This document shows, in pieces, positions 19,318 through 30,198 of a stretch of DNA of 64,000 bases. Location: positions 64,001 through 128,000 of the forward strand of contig CAWBQK010000006.1 of assembly GCA_963791045.1 (NCBI GenBank). The letters are read 5' to 3'. The stretch comes from Candidatus Latescibacterota bacterium. GTDB lineage: Bacteria > Krumholzibacteriota > Krumholzibacteriia > WVZY01. A program made the position numbers and the translations under genes. The notes beneath the pieces are model-generated. The model was not told where the DNA came from and made no database searches. It saw only the letters and a list, made by a program, of their open reading frames with translations. How positions within the stretch are numbered: the stretch's first letter is position 1; each line of letters starts with the position of its first letter.

Positions 19318-22300
19318 ATGAATGATAAAGAAAACCCCCAGGATCCGAAGGATCGTTCAAAAAAACCGATAAATAGGTCTGAGATCCCTGGAAAACGTCC
19401 CAAACAGGATGTTTTTGACCTGTCTTCAGAAAATCTTCCAGAGAAGGATTCAGCTCTCGATGGGGATAGTGCCCTGGATAGAGCGATTGGCTCTGCAAGA
19501 AGAAGACCCGTAGCTTATCAGCGCACACAAGCCCACTTACCCGGTGAATTCCAATCTGAGAAAGATAAACAGGATGCAGCTTCAGAAAATCATTCTCCTC
19601 AAAAACGGTCACCATTGGATGACACACCGCCGCCTTCTTTAGGATCAACCCCCTTCACTCCTCCTCCGGCTTTAGATGAACGTGGGATGCCCTTACCGCG
19701 CAGGATGGATGAACCTCCTTCTCCTGGAAGGACATCTCCATCATCAGTAAACAGAACAATAACATCGACTATCCCTGTACAACCGCAGTCAAGACTAAAA
19801 AAGTGGTGGAAGGCCAATGGTCCTGGCAGTTTGTCTCGAGGGCAGAGTTGGGGATGTGTTATGCGTATGGTTGTGATCGGGTTGTTTGTCGGCATTATCT
19901 TGGCCATCATTGGTGGATCTCTTGCTGTTTTCTATTACAATCGGATCGCTTCTACCCTGCCTGAAGTACAAGATTTACGAGATCAGGCGGCCCAATTTGA
20001 AACTACCCGGATTCTGGATCGAGATGGCAATGTATTATATGAGCTCGTAGATCCCAATGCGGGTAAAAGAACCTATGTTCCCCTGGATCAGATTTCACCT
20101 TTCCTGGTCGCAGCAACGATTGCTACCGAAGATGCGAATTTCTACAGCCATCCCGGATATGATGTGATGGCAATCGCCAGATCTTTCTATTACAACCTGA
20201 TCAGTGACCAGATCGTATCGGGTGCTTCCACGATCACCCAGCAGCTGACAAAAATGCTGTTACTTGCCCCTGAAGAACAGGTCAGTCGAACATATACCCG
20301 GAAATTGAGAGAAGCAATCCTGGCTGCTGAGATTACCCGCCAATACAGCAAGGATGAGATCCTGGAGCTATATCTGAATGAAATCAATTTTGGCAATTTG
20401 GCTTATGGTGTTGAGGCGGCTGCCCAGACCTATTTCAATACCTCTGCGAAAAATTTACTCTTGGTCAAGCCTCTTTCCTGGCTGGATTTCCGCAGCTTCC
20501 TGCAGTTTATGATATTTACACCAATCGGGATGTGACCTTAGGGCGACAGGAGAGTGTATTGGTTTTGATGTATCAAACAAGTCTGGAGCAGGGCTGTATT
20601 CTATGTCAGCAACAACCAGCAGCCGATTTGTGTTGGGGCAGGGGAAGCCACCGCGCGGCGGAAGAGATCAAAAAATATGATTTCCAGGCCCTACCTGGAG
20701 ATTGATCCATCCCCACTGGGTCTATTACATTACTTCCATCCTGGAAAACACTTATGATCCGCAGACTATATATCGATCTGGCTTTACTGTATATACAACC
20801 CTAGATCCAGATTGCAGGATAATGCCCAGGAAGTTGTCAAAGAACAGGTGGGAATCCTCGAGGCAAAACATGTAACAAATGGAGCTTTGATTGCCATTCA
20901 GCCAAATACCGGTGAAATTTTGGCCATGGTTGGTTCAGCCGATTTTGAAAATAAGGATATTCAGGGTGAGATAAACATGTCTGTCAGCCCGCGCCAGCCG
21001 GGATCTTCAATTAAACCACTTACTTATGTGGCAGCTTTTGAAAAGGGTTGGACTCCCGCAACTTTGATCTGGGATGTACCTTCCGAATTTCCTCCTTCGG
21101 GAGACCCCAATGATCCCCGGGATCCCTATGAACCTGTCAATTATGATGAAAAGTTCCATGGTCCGGTTACTGTCCGATCTGCCCTGGCAAATTCCTATAA
21201 TGTTCCTGCCGTAAAAACTCTTGATTTTGTTGGAATTTATGATGATCCGGAAACAGAAAAAGAAGAGGGATTGATCCCCTTTGCCCAGCGCCTGGGGATT
21301 ACAACATTGAACAGGAATGATTATGGACTTGCTTTAACTCTGGGAGGGGGAGAGGTGACATTACTGGATCTAACAGGTGTTTATGCTACATTTGCGAATG
21401 GGGGCAGGCAGGTTCCACCAGTAGCTATCACCCGGATTGAGGATTTTCAAGGAAATCTGATCTACGAATATCAAACGCCAGCTGGAGAGCAGGTTATTCG
21501 TGCTGAACACGCCTTCCTGATATCGTCGATACTGTCGGATACAAATGCCCGAGTTCCCGGATTTGGTACCAGCCCGGTGATCAATTTGCCTTTCAGGGCA
21601 GCTGCCAAGACAGGAACTACAAATGATTTCAGGGATAATTGGACCTTGGGTTATACGCCTGATCTTGCTGTTGGCGTTTGGGTTGGAAATGCGGACTACA
21701 CCCCCATGCAAGATACAACAGGATTGACAGGAGCAGCGCCGATCTGGGCTGAAGTTATGCAGCAGGGTATCCAGCAATTGACAGGAGGAAATCCCTCTGG
21801 TTTTTCAAGGCCGGCTGGAATCATTGAACGTGTGATTTGTTCGGTCTCTGGAACTGAACCATCCAAGTATTGTCCAAGCCAGCGCAGTGAATATTTTGCT
21901 GCTGATCAACCACCACTGCCCAGCGATCAGGACCTGTGGGAAGAGGTAGTTGTAGATACCTGGACAAATAAATTATGGACATCGGAGTGCAGAGATTATC
22001 ATACTGAAAAACTGGGTATTCATGTGGATGACCCATGGGCGAGAAAATGGCTTAAGGATGATAAAAACGGCAAGGAATGGGCAAAAAGCATGGGGTTGAC
22101 GAAAAAACCCTATATCATTGATGAAACTAAATTATGCAGCGATTCTGATCCGAGACCATTACTGGAATTCGGCTCTCCAAGGAATGAGGATATTATCATT
22201 CTCAGCCCCCTGGATATTTTTGCCAGAGTGGATGCTACCAGTGGTTTTAAGAATGCCAGACTTGAGTATGGACCTGGTAATGATCCGGTTCAATGGAAAG

Positions 22301-22617
22301 TCCTTCAGGAAATCAATGAACCGGTTACATCCATTTCAGAGATACTGTCTTGGGATATCAGTGATTTTCCCAGCGGTTGGTTGACTTTGAGGTTGTATTT
22401 AGAGGGATCGAATGAGGTTTATGCTGAGAGGAGAATTCAGGTCAACATCCAGGTTCCATCACAAACGCCAACCCCAACATTCACTCCCTCACCGACTGAA
22501 ACCTTGACGCCAACGATCACACCAACTCCAATTCAGAGTGCTACACCTACACCCACTGAAACACCTACACCCACAGAGACACCTAACCCATCCCTCACGC
22601 CTATTCCACCGCCGTGA
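19318..22617 (+). CDS. Class A penicillin-binding protein (PBP1A-like transglycosylase/transpeptidase); frameshifts at about 20455-20810
   Basis: EDANFYSHPG and GASTITQQL (GT51); PGSSIKP, NSYN, AKTGT (transpeptidase); Pro/Thr-rich C-tail. Confidence 0.92.
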
Positions 22618-22646
22618 GCTTGATAATGAAATATGATCTGAATAAG

Positions 22647-22676
22647 AAACCCGGATGTGAAAAGATCCGGGTTTTT
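22647..22676. terminator. Intrinsic terminator between convergent genes
   Basis: AAACCCGGAT-N8-ATCCGGGTTTTT. Confidence 0.8.
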
Positions 22677-22737
22677 GTTAATTTTGGTTTTAGTTATTTG
22701 AAAAGCGAAATAGTCTACAAATGGTAGGAAGATTAAA

Positions 22738-24942
22738 TCAGATAAGTGAAAGCTGAGGAGAGTCAGATTGGAAGGGGTCCAGGTCTAACATTTCCAGGAA
22801 GTCAGGGCTCCTGACTTCTGCCAGATGCCTGATATGCCGAAATTTTACCAAACCCCATCCTTCATGAATGTTTTCCGCCAGGGGAGGATGGTGATCCAGT
22901 TTGTAGTGGATCAGTCCAGCCCGGCTGCCTGGTAAAATGATCCAGCGCTTTTCGGCACTGCTATCGATTTGTTTAAGTATTCTGCTCAACAAACCGGATG
23001 CGGAAATAAAAAAACTGCAAGCCGGGGTCAGATTATTGATCCATTGCAAGTGGACGATCTTTCCGGGAGCGTTTATCCTGGAAATTTTATAACCCAATTC
23101 TTCCCCTATCCCATTCAGTAAATCTTCGATCTCAATGAGATCCTGGACACGCTGGCCCGGATCTTCGTTTGGGTTTAGCTGCCAGGTGCAGAGCGGTTCT
23201 GGCGTGTTACTAGCATAGGATGTTAAACAAGCCTGGATCAATCCTTCGCGGGGCGTCAGGAGAGCTGGAAAATTGTGATAGATATGTTGGTAGATCTCCT
23301 CTTCAGGGATAGGGTAATCTCTTTTGACCAATAATTCAACAATCTTTTGTTCCACAAGGTCAGATCTAGGAGTTGAGGAGATCTTCAGTTCCTGATGCCA
23401 CCAGTTTTTAGATTTTGGGTAATGGAGGAAGCCTTGCCGATAGGCGATATTGTCATTAAAATCTTTCAGCAGCTGGGGAAAATACAGCTCAGCGTCCTTG
23501 CCATCCTCAGGAAACCCCGCTGTTTCAAGCCTGCTTAATGCTGCGGAGAAAATCGTCAGGGTATGGATCGGTTCACCAGCTTCCTGGAGTATTTCTAACC
23601 CCGCTTCACGGATATTTTCCCGATGATCTTCGGTGTTCCCAGTGTCTAGGTTCCTCCCTTGAGAGATCCAGTAAGTTTCCCCTAAAAGAATATCTGGATC
23701 CAGAGCAATATTTTCAAGTTTAAATCCTGCCTTTGATGCTGCACTGATTGCTGCTAGGAGGGATTTGACTTCGATTTCTGGAAGCAATCCAAAACAGGTT
23801 GTTCCAGGTATCAATATATTGTGGATTTCGGATAAAGTGAGCTCTATGGCCTTTGTCATCCAGGGCCAATCAAAATTCTTTATATTGAGAATACTGCGTA
23901 AAGGAGCGGCAGCTTCCTGCCCCCACAACCATCCGGTCCATAGTGCTGAAAGAGCCCAGAAGGATGGTGTAGGTTTAGGAAAAACCATCACTACCGATTG
24001 GAGATGAATATTATTTAGCTGTGGAATTAACTCCCTGATCCTTCCAGGAAATAGACATATTCCGCCGGTCTGGGGAGGAAGATCAGGCCAGGTTGTAACA
24101 GGTACGGGATCTTCATTTCCACACCAGACATCTAGTGCTTCCTCCAGGGCAAACCACACATTTTCTTCAACGTAGAATTCATCGAGTTCATTATCCTGGT
24201 ATTGAAGATCCAATGGTTGTCTGCAGCGATAAAAAGAATGGAGCAAGAGAATTTCCAGGAGATTTAGTTCTTTTTCTGGTAGGTTTGAGCCAGTCAGTTT
24301 ATTTAATACAATGAATAAGGCATAAACTGAACGTGGGGGATAGGAACTCAATGCGTTCTCCACTTGAAGTCGAATAGGATCATCCGGTGCTGCAACACGG
24401 GTTAGTGCTCGGGCATGTGTAGGACTGCTCTCCTTGAATCCCAAAGCATTCTGAATATCATCAGACGATACATCTCCCTCTGTTATCTCACCACACTGAC
24501 TGCATCTGCATTTTTTATGGACCGGTTCTAGAGTGATCCTGGACCAGGTGAAGGAACTGGCGTGGGTTTTACCGCCGCATAGGGGGCATTCTGTTTCGTA
24601 TAGAGATAAGATTAGGGGTTTTAAACGGTCTTTGCCCTTGTAACTAGAGGCTAAGTTGACCAGAGCGCTGCTTAAATCTGCTCTGGAGGGTGGGTTTGCA
24701 AGGGATTCTATTAAAAAACGCAAGATCGGATTATGGACTGGCGTCAGGATTTGAAATCCATTCCTGGCAGCTTCAAGAACAGTCTGAGGAGAGCTGCCGA
24801 ATGGGCAGAGAATGATTCCTTCAGCCGCTGAGTTTTGTTTTAACCAGGTGCTTACAACCTGCGGTCTGTACGCTGGCAGGCATGACTGCAGGGGATACCC
24901 AGAATTTAGCTGTTCACCACTAATAAAAGGCTGTTTGTTCAT
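22738..24942 (-). CDS. DNA methyltransferase-like protein with Zn-ribbon and degenerate catalytic motifs
   Basis: ILCPFGSSPQTVLEAARNG resembles motif I; CPLC...CSQC; no DPPY/NPPY. Confidence 0.55.
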   Translation of the reverse strand: MNKQPFISGEQLNSGYPLQSCLPAYRPQVVSTWLKQNSAAEGIILCPFGSSPQTVLEAARNGFQILTPVHNPILRFLIESLANPPSRADLSSALVNLASSYKGKDRLKPLILSLYETECPLCGGKTHASSFTWSRITLEPVHKKCRCSQCGEITEGDVSSDDIQNALGFKESSPTHARALTRVAAPDDPIRLQVENALSSYPPRSVYALFIVLNKLTGSNLPEKELNLLEILLLHSFYRCRQPLDLQYQDNELDEFYVEENVWFALEEALDVWCGNEDPVPVTTWPDLPPQTGGICLFPGRIRELIPQLNNIHLQSVVMVFPKPTPSFWALSALWTGWLWGQEAAAPLRSILNIKNFDWPWMTKAIELTLSEIHNILIPGTTCFGLLPEIEVKSLLAAISAASKAGFKLENIALDPDILLGETYWISQGRNLDTGNTEDHRENIREAGLEILQEAGEPIHTLTIFSAALSRLETAGFPEDGKDAELYFPQLLKDFNDNIAYRQGFLHYPKSKNWWHQELKISSTPRSDLVEQKIVELLVKRDYPIPEEEIYQHIYHNFPALLTPREGLIQACLTSYASNTPEPLCTWQLNPNEDPGQRVQDLIEIEDLLNGIGEELGYKISRINAPGKIVHLQWINNLTPACSFFISASGLLSRILKQIDSSAEKRWIILPGSRAGLIHYKLDHHPPLAENIHEGWGLVKFRHIRHLAEVRSPDFLEMLDLDPFQSDSPQLSLI

Positions 24943-25012
24943 TTACTTCCTCCGGTGGTGAAAATGACCCTCCTCTCAGGTGGTTTTTTTAACGGAGAAT
25001 TGATGATAGATA

Positions 25013-26452
25013 TTATTGGTTTGATTGGACGGTATGGAGCAGTGCCAAGTTGGGAGCGACCATTTTTTGGATCGGGAATCCGGCAATTATAACTATTTCC
25101 TGTCCGGCTTCTACTGGTGTTCCTTCGATCACGGCTGCGTCAACATGATTGATCATCTCTTCAATGGTTTCTGCATGAGGGATGAGGTAAGGAGTGGTTC
25201 CCCACAACATGGAAAGATATTGATAAGTTCGGAGATCTGGTGTAAATGCCAGGATAGGAACGTTCGGCCTGGCTTTTGACATCAGACGGGCTGTCCGTCC
25301 ACTGCGAGTGAAGACAGCAATAGCTGCAACTGCGCGGTCCTGGGCTAACTCGCGGGCCGCCCTTGTGATATACACTGCATCATCATGGCTGGAATCATCA
25401 CTTATATCAAGATTTAACCGGCCCCAATCATCACTGTGTTCCTCGCTTTGGCAGATGATCGAAGCCATCATTTCAACAGTTTTCACGGGGAACTCACCGA
25501 TAGCAGTTTCTCCGGAGAGCATCACTGCATCGCTGCCATCAAGAACTGCATTCGCCACATCTGACGCTTCAGCCCGGGTGGGGCGGGGGCTGTTGATCAT
25601 CGAATCCAGCATTTGGGTAGCGATGATCACGAAGCTGAGATGTTTATTTGCAGTTGCTATGATCTGTTTTTGGACAATTGGAACGGATTCGGGGGGCATT
25701 TCAATTCCGAGATCTCCCCGGGCAACCATCACACCGTCTGAGGCATGAATGATCTCATGCATGTTCGTTATTGCATCAGGGTGTTCAAGCTTGGCGATGA
25801 TCGGGATCCTGGACCTATCGGGTTTGATTGTCAGGATAGCTTCTCTGAGCCGTTTAATGTCTCCAGCTCTGCGTACAAATGATAAGGCAATCACATCTAT
25901 TTCATGATTAAGACCAAATTCCAGGTCTTTCAGGTCTTTTTCAGTTAATGCCTGGAGTTTGAGATTTGCTCCCGGCAAATTGACACCCTTATGTGCTTTT
26001 AAGAGACCGCCCTGAACTACCGTGGTTATGACCTGTTGACCTTTGATCGCCCTGACCAAGAGCTCAAGCTGCCCATCATCCAACAGGATCCGTCCATCAA
26101 CGTTTACGCTCTGAGGTAATTCAGAGAAGCTTACCTGGACAATATCGGAAGTCCCAGGTGTATCTTCAGTTGTAAGGATTAATTGGTTTCCTTGGATCAA
26201 GTGTACAGGTCCATCTGCCATCTCCCCGGTACGAATCTTGGGGCCAGATAGATCCTGCATAATGGTTACTGGACGATTTAATTCAACAGCACATTCGCGC
26301 AAGGTCTCGATGACGCGGGCATGTCCCTGATGGGTTCCATGAGAGAAATTGATCCGGGCTACATCCATGCCAGATTCAAGTAGGCTTTTAATGATTTGCT
26401 TGTCCTCACTCGCAGGACCCAGGGTGGCAATAATCTTCGCCCGGCGTTCCAT
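25013..26452 (-). CDS. pyk: Pyruvate kinase
   Basis: KIIATLGPAS, RINFSHG, DLSGPKIR, MVARGDLG, ATQMLDSM, MLSGETA. Confidence 0.97.
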   Translation of the reverse strand: MERRAKIIATLGPASEDKQIIKSLLESGMDVARINFSHGTHQGHARVIETLRECAVELNRPVTIMQDLSGPKIRTGEMADGPVHLIQGNQLILTTEDTPGTSDIVQVSFSELPQSVNVDGRILLDDGQLELLVRAIKGQQVITTVVQGGLLKAHKGVNLPGANLKLQALTEKDLKDLEFGLNHEIDVIALSFVRRAGDIKRLREAILTIKPDRSRIPIIAKLEHPDAITNMHEIIHASDGVMVARGDLGIEMPPESVPIVQKQIIATANKHLSFVIIATQMLDSMINSPRPTRAEASDVANAVLDGSDAVMLSGETAIGEFPVKTVEMMASIICQSEEHSDDWGRLNLDISDDSSHDDAVYITRAARELAQDRAVAAIAVFTRSGRTARLMSKARPNVPILAFTPDLRTYQYLSMLWGTTPYLIPHAETIEEMINHVDAAVIEGTPVEAGQEIVIIAGFPIQKMVAPNLALLHTVQSNQ

Positions 26453-26485
26453 AAATTCCTCTTGTTCTTATTTCAGGTAGATTAC

Positions 26486-27780
26486 TTATATGTAGTGTAA
26501 TTCCCGGGCTTGTTCTGTCAACTCTTCTGTAAAATCAGGATGAGCGACATTGATAAGCGCTTGGGCTCGTTCACGAATGGTTTTACCATATAAACTGGCA
26601 ACCCCGAATTCAGTGACAACATAGTGAACGTGATTTCGGGTGGTGATCACACCCGCCCCGGTTTTTAGTGTTGTAACAATACGGCTGAAATCTTTTGCCT
26701 TGCTGGGAAGGGCGATGATCGGTACACCTCCCTTGGACCGGGAAGCACCGTAAATGAAATCCAACTGTCCGCCAACACCACTATATAACTTGGTGCCAAT
26801 GCTGTCAGCGCAAATCTGTCCTGTCAGGTCAACTTCAATAGCTGAATTGATTGCGACCATACGGTGATTTTGTGAAATGACAAACGGATCATTTACATAT
26901 TCTGTGCGCAGGAACTCGATCAACGGGTTATTGTGGACCCATTCATAAAGCTTTTTGGTGCCCAGGATGAAACCCGCGATGATCTTGCCGGGATGGATCG
27001 TCTTTTTGGCGTTAGTAATAACGCCTGCTTCCACCAGATCGATCACACCATCAGAGAAGAGTTCTGTGTGGATGCCAAGGTCTTTTTTATCATAGAGGTG
27101 TTTGAGGACTGCATCTGGCACTGCTCCGATACCCATTTGCATTGTTGCTTCATCCGGAATCAGATCAGCAATGAATTTGGCAATTTTCTCAACTTTTTCT
27201 GATGGTTTCCCTTCTCCCATTGCCAGCTCCGGGAGATCATAATCGACCGGGACTATGTAATCGATGTCACTGATATGAATGAATGTATCTCCCAGAGTGC
27301 GGGGCATTTTTTCATTAACTTCGGCAATGATGATCTCAGCAGACTCCGCAGGACTTTTACTCAGACCAACTTCCACACCAAAGCTGCAATAACCATGGGC
27401 ATCTGGCGGAGAGAGATGTACGAAGGCCACATTCACTGGCAAAACTTTATTCTTGAAGAGCAGCGGAAATTCAGAAAGCAGGACGGGGGTAAAATCTGCC
27501 CGACCTTCCTGAACAGCATTTCGTGTATTATGACTGATGAACATCGTATTGACACGCAGATGACCTTTAATTTCCGGAGCAACATAATCGGCAGAACCAA
27601 CAGTTAAAGCCTGATTGATCTCCACATCTTTAATTCTTGAGCGCGGTCAACCAATGCTGCCAGGATCTGGCTGGGCACTGAGCAGTTGCCGGTCAGGAAG
27701 ATCCGATCACCAGATTTTACAGCTTTTACCGCTTCAGCCGGAGTACATACTTTTTGTCGATATTGATCTTGCCAACTCAT
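26486..27780 (-). CDS. Acetyl-CoA hydrolase/transferase (4-hydroxybutyrate CoA-transferase-like); frameshifted near 27630-27670
   Basis: Start MSWQDQYRQKVCTPAEAV; QMGIGAVP, GIHTELFSDG, SGVGGQLDF, VVTEFG. Confidence 0.92.
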
Positions 27781-27820
27781 AATTCTTTCCTGCCCTCCAG
27801 GGCGTTTTTATAAGCTTGAT

Positions 27821-28885
27821 TTATGATTTTTCCCTGAGAAGTATAGACTCCGCTTTGAAGGGCTGGATTTTCTTTGAGGGAATTTTAATGCCAAGTTCGG
27901 CGATTTGTTTGATAAATGGCCAGGTGGCATTGCTCATGGCGTGGGTTGCTGTCCGCCCCAATACACCGGTCATATTTGGAACGCAATAGTGGATCACATT
28001 TTCTTCAAGATAGGTGGGATTACTGTGACTTGTCGGTCGGCTGGTTTCTATGCAACCTCCCTGGTCAATAGAGCAGTCGATTACGATCGAATGGCTGTGC
28101 AGCAATTGAACCATCTCTCTGGAAACGACAATCGGAGAAGGAGCACCTGGTACCAGGACAGCACCAACAAAAACATCAGCAAAGGAGCACACCTTCCTAA
28201 GGTTGAACGGATAGGAAACCAAGGTATTTATACAGCTTGAAAATTCCTGGTCGATCTCCTGCAAAACCTCTAGGGAATTGTCTAGAAGATGAATATTAGC
28301 ACCCAATCCGAGGAAAGAGCGGGCTGCGTTGCGGCCGACTGTTCCACCGCCAAGAATGACAACATCTGCAGGCGGTACACCGGGCACGCCGGAAAGAGAG
28401 AAACCTTTTCCTCCATAATTATTCTGGGCTAATGTAGCTGCAATCTGGGGCACCATTCTGCCGGTCAATTGGCTGAGGGGTTTTAAAACCGGAAGGCTGC
28501 CATCTTCTTCTTGTATGATCTCGTAGCCAATAGCAGTGATATTTTTATCGATCAAAGCGTCGACTTTATCTGCCCAACCTGCGGAAAGATGAAGGAAGCC
28601 CAATAATGTTAATCCATCTGGCATCCAGGTATATTCTTCTTTGACCGGACTTGTAACCTTAAGGATCAAGTCTGCCCGACCATATATTTCCTCACCGCTG
28701 TAAACGATGGTAGCGCCAGCTTTCTGGTACGTATGATCAGGGAAGCCGCTTCCCAGGCCGGCTTCCTTCTCCACAAAGCAAGTATGGCCCTGTTGGGTTA
28801 GCAGTTGAATGCCAGCCGGAGTGAGACCTGCCCTATATTCGTTATCGCGACGTTCTTTTGGAATACAGATATTCATAAAGTTCAC
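27821..28885 (-). CDS. ald: Alanine dehydrogenase family protein (C-terminus probably frameshifted)
   Basis: IPKE..DNEYRAGLTP, GVPGVPPADVVILGGGTVG, IDQGGCIETSRPT, HYCVPNM. Confidence 0.85.
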   Translation of the reverse strand: MNFMNICIPKERRDNEYRAGLTPAGIQLLTQQGHTCFVEKEAGLGSGFPDHTYQKAGATIVYSGEEIYGRADLILKVTSPVKEEYTWMPDGLTLLGFLHLSAGWADKVDALIDKNITAIGYEIIQEEDGSLPVLKPLSQLTGRMVPQIAATLAQNNYGGKGFSLSGVPGVPPADVVILGGGTVGRNAARSFLGLGANIHLLDNSLEVLQEIDQEFSSCINTLVSYPFNLRKVCSFADVFVGAVLVPGAPSPIVVSREMVQLLHSHSIVIDCSIDQGGCIETSRPTSHSNPTYLEENVIHYCVPNMTGVLGRTATHAMSNATWPFIKQIAELGIKIPSKKIQPFKAESILLREKS

Positions 28886-28899
28886 CTCATCGTTGTTGA

Positions 28900-29817
28900 T
28901 CAGGTTAATAATTTGACCAGGATGGATTTTTGAGCGTGGAGACGGTTGTGAGCCTGGGGGAAGAGGCGTGAATGAGGTCCATCAGCAACTTCATCGGTGA
29001 TCTCCTCACCGCGGTGAGCCGGCAGGCAGTGCAGTACAATCACATCTTTGTCAGCACCCTCCAGTAGTTTTTGGTTGACCTGATAAGGAGGAAAAACTGC
29101 TTTGCGTTTCGCTTCTTCCTCGTCCTGGCCCATGCTAACCCAGGTATCTGTGTATATGACCTGGGCGCCTAGAACTGCTTCAATGGGATCCCTAAGCTGG
29201 CGAATCTTGCTGCCGCTTTCCTGAGCGAATTCCTCACCCAGGGCGACGGCTTCCTGGTCCATGCCGTACCCTTCCGGATTGGCGATGGTGAAATTCGCAC
29301 CAAGTTTGGCGCAAATATGCATCAGTGATACTGATACATTATTCCCATCTCCGATATAAACGACGTTAAGTCCTTTAATTTTCCCAGGTTTTCCTGGATC
29401 GTGAGGGCGTCTGCCGCAGCCTGACAGGGGTGGTTGTAATCACTCAATCCATTAATGACTGGAATATCAGCCCATCTAGCTAACTCAAGCACGTGTTGAT
29501 GATCAAAGACGCGCGCCATCACCACATCAACGTATCCAGAGATCACACGGGCCACATCAGCGATGGATTCCCTTTTTCCCAATCCGATTTCTGCTGGTGA
29601 AAGGTAAAGGGCATCTCCACCCAAATGGCGCATTGCCATATCGAAGCTAACCCGGGTCCGAAGACTGGGTTTTTGGAAGATCATAGCTAAAATTTTGTCC
29701 TTAAAATATGGGGGGATTGCCTTTATCATTCCATTCTTTTTTCAGCTCAACAGCCAGATCGAGGATGGCTTGAATTTCCTCCGGGGAGTAATCAGCAATT
29801 GCCAGAAAATCTTTCAT
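28900..29817 (-). CDS. argF: Ornithine carbamoyltransferase, split by two frameshifts
   Basis: [53 protein letters not shown]. Confidence 0.93.
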
Positions 29818-29920
29818 AGCACACTCCTGTATTTGAAAATCGCTTGTAGTGAAGTATAACATGTCAATACCAACCTCGAAGGCCTCCGTATTGAAAATAA
29901 TGCTTACATAAAAAACAAAA

Positions 29921-29948
29921 CTCCCGGAAATAATCCATTTTCCGGGAG
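29921..29948 (-). terminator. Terminator hairpin downstream of tRNA-Gly
   Basis: CTCCCGGAAA-N8-TTTCCGGGAG, followed on the minus strand by T-tracts. Confidence 0.75.
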
Positions 29949-29962
29949 GCTTTATTCATGAG

Positions 29963-30034
29963 AGCGGGTGACGGGATTCGAACCCGTGAATGTTAGCTTG
30001 GGAAGCTAATGCCTTACCACTTGGCCACACCCGC
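29963..30034 (-). tRNA. tRNA-Gly(CCC)
   Basis: GCGGGTG TG GCCAAGTGGTAAGGC A TTAGC TTCCCAA GCTAA CATTC ACGGG TTCGAAT CCCGT CACCCGC T. Confidence 0.96.
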
Positions 30035-30051
30035 AATTTTCTAGCGAGAGC

Positions 30052-30080
30052 ATTATAACAATAAGATCAGGTCGGGTCAA
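30052..30080 (-). promoter_or_regulatory. Sigma-70 promoter of tRNA-Gly
   Basis: TTGACC-N17-TATAAT on the minus strand. Confidence 0.8.
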
Positions 30081-30198
30081 CTTCCCCTATGTTTAGAGAT
30101 GTATTATTATGTTTGATCAGAAAATATTCAATCTCAGTTATCTGAGATATGAAGATTTCATTCATAAAACCTAATTATTTTTGGCCATACACGAAGTG

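Noticed and set aside
22460-22610. Short tandem repeats as a possible CRISPR or VNTR
   Set aside because: In-frame Thr-Pro codon repeats with no constant repeat-spacer structure and no cas genes
28900-29817. argF (and mnmA, PGM, tatD, proline dehydrogenase, moeA) as pseudogenes or programmed frameshifts
   Set aside because: Scattered 1-nt indels with intact motifs fit sequencing error better
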